Assembly (NCBI GenBank): GCA_026016245.1
Contig: CP061211.1
Coordinates: forward strand, 390,001 to 422,000
Source of the DNA: Candidatus Pacearchaeota archaeon
Lineage (GTDB): Archaea; Nanobdellota; Nanobdellia; Pacearchaeales; UBA284
DNA: 32,000 nucleotides
Reading direction: 5' to 3'
The notes under the pieces are model-generated. The model had not been told where the DNA came from. It searched no databases and saw only the letters and a program-made list of their open reading frames with translations. This document shows, in pieces, positions 7,090-16,000 of this stretch. Both the position numbers and the translations under genes were made by a program. How positions within the stretch are numbered: the stretch's first letter is position 1; each line of letters opens with the position of its first letter.

Positions 7090-9456
7090 ATGAGGTGGAA
7101 TTACTTAATTTTTGTCATGGTATTTATTTTTCTACTTTGTATACCCAATGTCAATGCTTTAGAATGTATCAGCCTTAATACTGCAAAATCAAGTTATCTG
7201 CCAGAAGAAACTGTTCAGATTGAGGTAGATGCTGATACTATAAGAACTATCCTTGCAAGTGATATTTTTTTCTATAAAGACGGAACAAGATTGCCTATTA
7301 ATATTTTTATTTCAAAGGTTACTGAAACAAAATACTTTGTGTGGTTTGATCTTCCTACTAATTCTGGAAATTATATATTGAAGGTTAGAGGTAATTGTAG
7401 AGATGGAAGCTTATATGTTGCAGATATCCCTATAGTGGTTGAAGAAATCGTAGGATCTCATTATGAATCTTTAAAGCAAAAAGTTGAGGGAAAGTGGTCT
7501 ACCTTATCTCTTGAAAATCATATTCTTTCAGCAGGAGCTCTATCATATGTACTTGCTGAAGAATCTTTGATAGCATATATAGAAAGAACTGATTCCTGCA
7601 TGAATCAGGAATGTAATACAAAATTCAAAGCTTTATCATTAATAGCTTTTGAGGATGGCTTTGTTAGGCAGAGAATGCAAGACTCTATAGATGCCTCTCA
7701 AAATTATGTAAAAGGTTTATGGAAATTGGAAATAGAATCTAGCATAGCACAGCAATGTGATTTTAGTTTAGATAACAAAACCTTATCTATCAATCTGGTT
7801 ACAGGAGAAAATAGCTTTGATTTAACTTTTGAAAATATAGAAGCAGATGAATTAATAATTTTAGTTGATTGTAGGGAAAGTATATCTGGAAAAATAACTT
7901 ATTCTTATAAAGATTTTAGTAAAGAATATGAAACAGAGCCAGGACAAAACTTGAGTTTTTCTATAAACAATAAAGGTTGTTGGGGGATTGGATTGAGAAC
8001 AGGATGTGATTCTGAAAGTACAGCTTATGCTTTACTTTCTCTTGCAATGGCAGAAAAATTAAATAAAGAAAACAAGGAGCATGCTGCTGCAATTTCATGG
8101 CTAAAAGAAAATGCTGTTAGTGTTAAAGAAAAAGTAATTAGCTATTATCTGACAGAAGATCCTGAAACACTTTCATGGATTCTCAATCTGCAGACTATGA
8201 AGGGTTGGTGGCCAAAAGATGTACAGACTTACGAGCAGGATATTGAGACTACATCTATTGTAATTTTTGTTTTAAAAGAATCTAACTATACTGGCATTGT
8301 GGAAAAAGCCAAAACATGGCTTCTTGGTCAGGATTTACCATTGAATAAAGAAGCTTTAATGCTTGTTTTTGCTTTCCAGTCTAAAGATATAGAACCATTA
8401 CTTGCATTCTGGCCAGGAATAATAAAGACAGAAAGCATGGGAACTTTTGATTTAATTTTGTTGAATAAAGGTACAATAGGCATAATATTGAACACAGAAT
8501 TACTTAACTCCACTACTGCAACTATCTTACCAACAAACAGTGTAAAGAATGTGAAATTTAATATCCCACGCATTACAACAATTGATGGTAGAACAATCTC
8601 TGAAAACCTTGTGATTGATTACAAGCAGGAAAATTCCTTACAATACTATAGTTATTCTGTTCCTATATTAATTTTCACAGAAAAATCTTCTCGAGAAGGA
8701 ATGGAAGGAGAAGTAAATGCAAGTGAACAGGAAGTTAATGAAACAGAACAACAGGAAATTATTAATGAAACAGAGTATGAATGGGAAAATAAGACAACAG
8801 AATTGAATGAGAGTTTAATACAGAGGAGATTTAAGTTTGTTGAGGGAGAAATAAATAAAACTGTAGATATATCTGAAGGAACTTCAACAATAAGTATAAG
8901 GTTAGAAAATAAGCTTGATAGGGACATTAGTGATGTTTCAATAACCTATAGTTCTAGTCTGATTGGTGTTGTTGAAAGAATCAATCCTAGTTTTTTAGAA
9001 GAAATTTCAGAAGGAGAGAAAGAATCAATAACCATAACAATAACCCCTACAGCAATAAGAGTTTATGAGGGGTATATAATAGCTGATGCAAAGTATGACT
9101 CAAAAACCATCACAACTAAGCTACCATTAAATATAAATGTCTCTGGAATTGCTGCGGAGAAAAAAAACTGTTCTGATATAGGTGGAAAGATTTGTGAGGA
9201 AGATGAGATTTGTGAAGGAACTATAACAGAAGCTGCAGATACTTTTTCTTGTTGTATTCCTGCTGATGCTTGCAAGAAAAAACCAACTCCAGGAAGGACT
9301 ATAGGCGTTATCATAGTTCTTGCTATTGCACTTATCCTAATTGTTCTGTTCTTTATTCTAAGGAAAAGATCAAGAAAAGAGATGAAAAAATTTCTCGAGA
9401 AATCAGCAAAACAATATGAGAAAAAATTTCAGAGACCAGCAAGCATAAAACGTTAA
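7090..9456 (+). CDS. Secreted, membrane-anchored surface protein, architectural paralog of 4687..7041 (signal peptide, alpha/alpha-toroid-like repeats, acidic Asn/Glu-rich linker, one Cys-rich module, TM helix, basic tail)
   Basis: Signal peptide MRWNYLIFVMVFIFLLCIPNVNALE. Repeat signatures: CDSESTAYALLSLAMAEK, AAAISWLKENA, ILNLQTMKGWWPKD, AKTWLLGQDLP (compare VKNWLLGQN in the upstream gene). Cys module NCSDIGGKICEEDEICEGTITEAADTFSCCIPADAC (9169..9273). TM helix IGVIIVLAIALILIVLFFIL, followed by RKRSRKEMKK. Confidence 0.8.
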   Translation: MRWNYLIFVMVFIFLLCIPNVNALECISLNTAKSSYLPEETVQIEVDADTIRTILASDIFFYKDGTRLPINIFISKVTETKYFVWFDLPTNSGNYILKVRGNCRDGSLYVADIPIVVEEIVGSHYESLKQKVEGKWSTLSLENHILSAGALSYVLAEESLIAYIERTDSCMNQECNTKFKALSLIAFEDGFVRQRMQDSIDASQNYVKGLWKLEIESSIAQQCDFSLDNKTLSINLVTGENSFDLTFENIEADELIILVDCRESISGKITYSYKDFSKEYETEPGQNLSFSINNKGCWGIGLRTGCDSESTAYALLSLAMAEKLNKENKEHAAAISWLKENAVSVKEKVISYYLTEDPETLSWILNLQTMKGWWPKDVQTYEQDIETTSIVIFVLKESNYTGIVEKAKTWLLGQDLPLNKEALMLVFAFQSKDIEPLLAFWPGIIKTESMGTFDLILLNKGTIGIILNTELLNSTTATILPTNSVKNVKFNIPRITTIDGRTISENLVIDYKQENSLQYYSYSVPILIFTEKSSREGMEGEVNASEQEVNETEQQEIINETEYEWENKTTELNESLIQRRFKFVEGEINKTVDISEGTSTISIRLENKLDRDISDVSITYSSSLIGVVERINPSFLEEISEGEKESITITITPTAIRVYEGYIIADAKYDSKTITTKLPLNINVSGIAAEKKNCSDIGGKICEEDEICEGTITEAADTFSCCIPADACKKKPTPGRTIGVIIVLAIALILIVLFFILRKRSRKEMKKFLEKSAKQYEKKFQRPASIKR

Positions 9457-9465
9457 AACACTTAA

Positions 9466-9939
9466 TTACTCACTTTTTTCTTTGCCCTCTTTCTTTTTTA
9501 ATTCTTCTGAAAGTCTCTTTATGAGAACTGTTCTTTCAATTTTTAATTTTTTTAAAATAGCGTCATACTGATGTAATCTTGCGGCAAGGTCATTAATCAA
9601 AGCATTCATATCCTCATTCTTGAATGCAAGGTTTGTTGGCTCTACTATCTCGATTGAGGAGGGCATGTAATCAAAAATTATTTCAATAATACGAGGAAGT
9701 TTATTGATAAGAATCTCAACTTCTGCAAATGCTGTAAAGACCTTTTCTGTTTTTTCTACAGGTTTGGCCTTATGAATCTTCTTCCCTAAAAATTCTAAAT
9801 TTTTTTCTTTTGACAGCTTTTCTAATAACATCTCAAGTGCATTTTCAACATAATCTGCTGGTTTACCAAGAACTTCAAAGACTAGATGAACATTTAGCCA
9901 TCCGCCAGCAATCCTATCTCTTATTTCTTTTTTGTCCAT
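9466..9939 (-). CDS. Hypothetical cytosolic protein (157 aa) with a C-terminal coiled-coil-like, Lys/Glu-rich tail
   Basis: ATG start and TAA stop, with no signal peptide or TM helix. It lies 25 nt downstream of the co-oriented LTD gene 9965..11341. I do not recognise the family. Confidence 0.6.
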   Translation of the reverse strand: MDKKEIRDRIAGGWLNVHLVFEVLGKPADYVENALEMLLEKLSKEKNLEFLGKKIHKAKPVEKTEKVFTAFAEVEILINKLPRIIEIIFDYMPSSIEIVEPTNLAFKNEDMNALINDLAARLHQYDAILKKLKIERTVLIKRLSEELKKKEGKEKSE

Positions 9940-9964
9940 ATTATTCTTTCTTTTTTTATTCTTT

Positions 9965-11341
9965 TTAAATTTTCTTAATTATCAAATAGATGACAAGAAG
10001 CAAAGCTATTGAACTTAAAATGTAAGGCATAGTTCTATTAATCAAAAAACTTTCTGATTCTGCATAACCAGGATATGAATAAGTTCTAGAACTATATTTT
10101 TGTTCTTCATTTTCAGATTTTATTGAGGTAGTAGTTGTTTCTGTCTCTTCTGTTGATTCACAAGGCTCTAATTTTATTTTTTCCATATCAGAAGTGTCAA
10201 GTCCTTCTGCAATAATTTCATAGATTCCTTCTTCATTCTTGCATTTTAGAGTTATTTCCACAGTTTCTGTCTGGGTTTGAAATTTCTCATCAAAATGCAA
10301 GCTGATTTTATCACTAACTTTTATTCCCTCATTATCTTGAACATAGACATAGATGGAATATTTTGCTGTGTCTCCTCTATAAACCTCAATTTCTATTCTA
10401 ATTTTTTCACCAAATTTTGCTTTTTCAGGAAACTCAATAATATTTATTTCAGATTCTTCTTGAATATCACATTTAACCTTTATATCCTCATCATCAAACT
10501 GCTCATACGAGCTTGAACCTGTTTCCCTTATCTTGGGCCTCAATATTGCATCACCCTCAAAATCCTCAATCTTAAATTTTAATTTCACATCTCCTTCACC
10601 ATTTTCAATTTCTAAAGCCTTTATAATATACTTATTTGTGGACTGCCATTTTTCTTCATCATCATTCCAGACTTTTCCAATACGATCTTCGCTATCTTCT
10701 TCTAGAATGTCTATTTTTACATCATAATCACCATCTTCAAAACCACTGGCCTCAATCTCTATATAAAATTCTTCATTACATTCAACTTCAGATGGATAAT
10801 CTAAATCAATTTCTTTTTCCTGCTGTTGCTGCTGTGTACAATTATTTTTCTGTCCAGGTGTTGGTATACAAAAAGTCCAATTATCTGCTCCATCAGGATT
10901 TCGAGAAATGGAATTGGCCGGACAATTTGACTCGGTATTATAACTCATATTTGTAGAATAATTATAATTTTCAGAAAAGAAAATGAGACTATCATTCTTT
11001 GCTAACCCATTTCCTATTTTTTTATCGTCAACATAAAAAAAGATTATAGATGTATTAGTTATCGATGAAATATTTGTTGAATTACCAAGAATTATAAAAA
11101 AAGAAGAATTAGGGACTATAGAACAATTAGAACTACCACAAATTATATTGTCAGTTTCATAATTGTCTCTTATTTGCCATTCTGATAAATTTAATAATTG
11201 CATAGAAGGATTATATATTTCAACCCATTCCTTTGTTTCATTACCACACTGCATTACCTCATTTATCACAATTGCAGATACTGAAGGAATTAAAATAAAT
11301 ATTATAAAAATGAAAATTAAAAGGGTAAAAGGTATTTTCAT
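9965..11341 (-). CDS. Surface protein with an N-terminal lamin-tail domain (LTD), acidic beta-rich repeats and a C-terminal TM anchor
   Basis: Signal peptide MKIPFTLLIFIFIIFILIPSVSA. LTD signature AIVINEVMQCGNETKEWVEIYNPSMQLLNLSEWQIRDN (about 10967..11275). C-terminal anchor MPYILSSIALLLVIYLIIKKI. Confidence 0.8.
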   Translation of the reverse strand: MKIPFTLLIFIFIIFILIPSVSAIVINEVMQCGNETKEWVEIYNPSMQLLNLSEWQIRDNYETDNIICGSSNCSIVPNSSFFIILGNSTNISSITNTSIIFFYVDDKKIGNGLAKNDSLIFFSENYNYSTNMSYNTESNCPANSISRNPDGADNWTFCIPTPGQKNNCTQQQQQEKEIDLDYPSEVECNEEFYIEIEASGFEDGDYDVKIDILEEDSEDRIGKVWNDDEEKWQSTNKYIIKALEIENGEGDVKLKFKIEDFEGDAILRPKIRETGSSSYEQFDDEDIKVKCDIQEESEINIIEFPEKAKFGEKIRIEIEVYRGDTAKYSIYVYVQDNEGIKVSDKISLHFDEKFQTQTETVEITLKCKNEEGIYEIIAEGLDTSDMEKIKLEPCESTEETETTTTSIKSENEEQKYSSRTYSYPGYAESESFLINRTMPYILSSIALLLVIYLIIKKI

Positions 11342-11360
11342 TTTTACTTAAAAGATAAGA

Positions 11361-11375
11361 GCTATAAAATTTTTA
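11361..11375 (-). promoter_or_regulatory. TATA-like box for gene 9965..11341
   Basis: The + strand reads gctataaaattttta (minus strand aaattttata), centred about 27 nt upstream of the ATG at 11341. Confidence 0.4.
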
Positions 11376-11485
11376 CTACCTACTTGTCACTACTTCAGGG
11401 TTTCGAAGAACGAAAGTTTTAAAAAAGAAAAAAAATAAATAGTTTAGAATCATCAAGGAATTATTAAGATTCAGGCTAAGGGAAA

Positions 11486-12784
11486 ATGTTAGGTTTAGAA
11501 TATTTGTTATCGGTTTTAATATCCACTACTCCAGCTGATAAAGATCAAAAAGATATTAATGAATATCTGAAAAATCTTAATCCATGGGAAAAAGATAGTG
11601 TTGAAGTTGTACAAGAAGATAGCATGGATATAACATTTCCAGCAATAGATGCAATAACCGAAGAAGAGCCTTATTATTTCTTTGGAAATTTAGGTACTCC
11701 ATTTAATTTTAAAGGAGCTATTGGAAAAGAAACAAGATTTGGGAAAGCAAAAATTAATGCACTAGCTTATATGGATGTAGGAATAGATCCGAACAGAGGC
11801 GAAGTAGGGGGAGGAATAGGAAGTGAATATGCAGGAACTAGAGGAGCTTTTAATATTGGGGTAAATAGAGGAAGCTTGCATACTACAGATTCAACTTTAA
11901 TGACGCAAAGTACACCTTATGGAAGAATAGCTGAACAAACAATTTCAAACCAAGATGATAAGAAATTAAAAAAATTCTTAGGTTTGAGTTTTGGTGCTGG
12001 TGAAAAAAATAAGATTTATGTTGGATTTGGAAATAAAAATACAAGTGAGGATGTTAAAGATGCTACTTCTAATCATTATGATGAAATTTTCCATGATGTA
12101 GAACAAAAGAATCAGAATGGGGTGATTATTACTACAGAAACAAATCTAGTCACAAGAGTCGCAACTGATGTAAGATCAATAATCAAGACTGATATGAATG
12201 AAAATCGTTTCTTAGTGCAAGGATCTCATGATTTTGGGGATCTAGAATTGGGGATGGCTACTTATCTAAATAACAACAGAGTTAGAAATACAATTGACAA
12301 TAGAATAAATACTATTACTAATATAAATGGTGAGATTATTGTAAATGTTGATGTAAATGGTAATGTTTATGTTGATACTATTCCAGTTTCAAGCCATGAC
12401 AAAGAATACAATAGGTTTGTTACAAGAGATTTTATAGATTCTAATGCTGATCTTATCGGATTATGGCTGAAATATGGAAGAAAAGATAAGGTAAATGGTG
12501 TTTTTGATTTTGAAAAGGGTGTTTTTAATTCAAGAGACTGGAGTTTTAGAAACAGGTTAAATTATATGATCAAAAATAAGATAGTTAATTCAGTAGATTT
12601 TAGTGTGAATAATACTTCAATTGGTGGCAGCTTGCGATTTGATTTAAATATGATTCCTAAAGATTATATTAAACAAGAGAAGCTTCCCAATCCATTAAAA
12701 AATTTGACAAATTTCTATGATCATAATAGGGAAATTGATAGAAGAGTTGATCTTAGTGATAAGCAGAAAAAAATTCTAGAGTAG
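11486..12784 (+). CDS. Asn/Gly/Asp-rich, apparently beta-rich hypothetical protein; the ORF as tracked ends at an in-frame TAG
   Basis: ATG at 11486 is preceded by an in-frame TAA. The 432-aa product has no clear signal peptide and I recognise no family. The coding signal continues past the TAG (see next feature). Confidence 0.6.
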   Translation: MLGLEYLLSVLISTTPADKDQKDINEYLKNLNPWEKDSVEVVQEDSMDITFPAIDAITEEEPYYFFGNLGTPFNFKGAIGKETRFGKAKINALAYMDVGIDPNRGEVGGGIGSEYAGTRGAFNIGVNRGSLHTTDSTLMTQSTPYGRIAEQTISNQDDKKLKKFLGLSFGAGEKNKIYVGFGNKNTSEDVKDATSNHYDEIFHDVEQKNQNGVIITTETNLVTRVATDVRSIIKTDMNENRFLVQGSHDFGDLELGMATYLNNNRVRNTIDNRINTITNINGEIIVNVDVNGNVYVDTIPVSSHDKEYNRFVTRDFIDSNADLIGLWLKYGRKDKVNGVFDFEKGVFNSRDWSFRNRLNYMIKNKIVNSVDFSVNNTSIGGSLRFDLNMIPKDYIKQEKLPNPLKNLTNFYDHNREIDRRVDLSDKQKKILE

Positions 12785-13069
12785 AAAAATTTTATTGAAC
12801 ATCTAGGAAAAAAAGATGGTCCTTGGTTTGCTTTTGATATAGAGAAAACTTATGGAGATCCTAGCCAGCGGAGATTTGGGACATCATTAGGATATGATGT
12901 ATTAGGGAAATTTAGTACTTGGGCTAGTTTTGGTTATGATTCTTTCCAGAGCACAAAAGATATTTCAGCTTACCTTGCCCTCAAAAATGGTATTGGGTTT
13001 AATGCCGGATATAAATGGAGTAAAGAGGATAAGGAAGGCAATTTAGGGATACTTTATGTTCCAAGATAA
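12785..13069 (+). other. Stop-free, ATG-less continuation (94 sense codons followed by TAA), in frame with gene 11486..12784 immediately after its TAG
   Basis: My translation of the same frame after TAG(12782..12784) is KNFIEHLGKKDGPWFAFDIEKTYGDPSQRRFGTSLGYDVLGKFSTWASFGYDSFQSTKDISAYLALKNGIGFNAGYKWSKEDKEGNLGILYVPR, then TAA at 13067..13069. It contains no Met codon, and its composition resembles the upstream protein. Confidence 0.55.
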
Positions 13070-13082
13070 ATAAAAATAAAAA

Positions 13083-16000
13083 ATGAATAAAAAAGCTAGG
13101 TTAATTTTGAATTTGATTCCAATCTTTATACTTATACCTCTCTTACTTGGTTCTTTTGTTGTTCCTAATGATATTAGTGAGGGTTTTTATGAGTCTAAGA
13201 TAATAAATTCAGTAAAAGAAGAATTGGATATTATTGATCCCCCACCTACATTACAGTTTTTTTCTGATACTCAACACACTAATACTACGGCTGTTCTAAC
13301 TGCTATTGCAACAGATTATTTGGAGAATGCTGGAATAAGATGGATTAAAATATATGAGGATGGCCAAGAATGGGAATATAAAGATTGTGGTGGACAGACA
13401 ACTTGTACTTTTGTTAAGGTAAAAGTTGAGACACAGCCAGCAAATCACACTTATTATGCTGAAACCAAAGATTTAGGTAATCATGTTGTTCAGTCTGACC
13501 CAATTACAATATGGTTTGAGGGTTTAAATCAGCTTCCTATTATTGATGATTATGTCCCTCAAGATTTAACTCCAGAAATTAATGAAGGTGAAACTTTACA
13601 TTTTGAAGTTTGGGCTCATGATCCTAACAATGATCCTTTATTCTATACATGGAAATTAGATGGCCAAGAAGTTTCAACTATAAGTTCTTATGATTATAAT
13701 CCTGATTACAATGCTTCTGGACTTCATGATGTTTATGTTATTGTTTATGATAATAAAGGTGGGACTGTAACTTTGGTCTGGAATGTTACTGTTATCAATG
13801 TTCTACTTAATACAACTTGTTATTTGAATTTTGATCCAACAAGTCCAATCACTTATAGCACACCATTAAATGCCTCATGTTATTGCACAAATCCTGAAGC
13901 TCCTGAAAGATTATGGAGAAATAATATTAATATAGATAATGAAAATAATGTGTTTGTTATTATTGAAGCTGGAACACATAATTATACTTGTAATGTCACA
14001 CAAACCCCAAATTATCAAGGAGCAAGCAATTCAAGCCTTTATGTGATTAATCCTGTTGATCATAATATCCGTTTGACTTTGGATGGACAGGAGAATGATT
14101 TGGCTGTCCCTTATAATTCAACAACTAATGCAACAGGATGGTTAGAAATAACTCAAGGAGCATCTAATGCTTTACTTTACAGAGATTTTCAAGTAGTAGC
14201 AAGCGGAAGTCCTGCTACTGAAATTGCTCTCTTGGGTGTTGACCTATATAATTATACATATTATTATCCTGCATCACAAAACTATACTGAACAAAGCCTA
14301 ACAAGATGGTTGAATGTTACACAAGGAATTAGTTCTTGCACACTTAATTTTGTTCCTCCAAGTCCTATCACTTACGACCAACAGCCATTCATAGCTTCAT
14401 GTTCATGTACAAATCCTGAAGCTGGCGCAGAATTATGGAGAGATGGAGTTAATGTAACTAATGAGAACAACCTACCTATAACTTTAGTTGTAAATCCTGC
14501 TGGTTATAATTATGTATGTAATGTTACAGCAACTCAAAATTATACAGGGGCAAGCACTTCTGCTCTGTATGTAATAAACCAAGCTACTACAATTTTAACT
14601 TTGACAGCTCAGCCAAGTTGGAATGTTACTTATGGAATACAAACAAATGTTTCTTGTAGTGCTAATAATAATGAAGTCACAATAAATCTTTACAGAAATG
14701 GACAGATTGTAAATAATCCAGATATTGCAACATTAGGGGCTGGAAATTATAATTATGTTTGTAACACAACTGGAAGCCAGAACTGGACAGCTGCTTCTGT
14801 AAATAATATTTTGAATGTTAATCAAGCAGCTTCTATTGTTGATTTGAGACTTAATGGAATTGATAATAATATAACTGTTAATATTAGTGAGCTTGTGAAT
14901 ATGACTGGCAGACTTATTATCCCATCTAATCCTAATCCTCAACAACAACCTATAATAGATGGTATTGGGCATAATGAACCTGAAACAGATGCTATACCAT
15001 TACCACGACAAGGTCTTTATGAAATTTATCTTTACTTGGATATACAACTTATCAATATTGGCAATCATACTGTTACTAATGTTACAAGTTTCAATCAGAC
15101 AGGGATTCATAATGTAACTGTTATTTATCCAGGCAGTCAGAATTTCTCAAGTTCTTATGAAACACACTGGATTAATGTTTCAGGTGTTGGCGATACTGAG
15201 CCTCCTGTTGTTACTCTTATATTCCCACCTAATAGTTCAACAACTAGCGAAAATGTAACGGTGATATATAATGTAACAGATAATATTGATGTTTTACTTG
15301 ATTGTAATATTTGGTCAGATACATCAGGAATATGGCAGATAGATGGTTCTCAGCAAACAGCTAATGCAACTAATGGGAATTGGAATTATGTTAACCTGGT
15401 AAATGGTATTTATACTTGGAATATTGAATGTATTGATGATTCTGCTAATAGTGCTTTTGCCATAGAAAACTGGACATTTATAGTTAATGTCAGTGTTAAT
15501 CAGCCACCTGTTGTTACTTTATTGTCTCCTGCTAATGGCTCTGTGATTAATACAACAAATAATGTAACTGCTGAGTTTGGTGTTGTTGATGAATTGCTTC
15601 TTATCAATTGTACTTTATGGCATAATATAACAGGAAGCTGGCTACCAAATCAAAGTCAGATGGCAATGACTGGCGTAGTTAATAGTTTTGATATAACAGA
15701 GATACCAAATGATTATTACATCTGGAATGTTGAGTGTAATGATACAGAGTATAGTGTATTTGCTCCTGATAACTGGACTTTTACAATTAATTATACTGGT
15801 GACTTAATTCCTCCAGATGTTTGGAATGTGAGTGCAAATCCTCAAGTAATTAACCAGTCAGATTCAACACAAATAGAGGCTTTTGCAAGAGACAATGTTG
15901 CTATAGATACAGTTCTTGCTCAAGTTACATATCCTGATTTAACACAAAACAATTTCACCATGATTCCTGGAATGGTTGTATTTCAATATTTATACAATTT

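Noticed and set aside
12782-12784. Genome-wide reassignment of TAG to a sense codon (for example pyrrolysine)
   Set aside because: TAG ends the primase ORF with the next gene's ATG 6 nt downstream. It also ends 21245..22318 and the EndoQ-like gene at sensible positions. No pyl genes are visible in the window.
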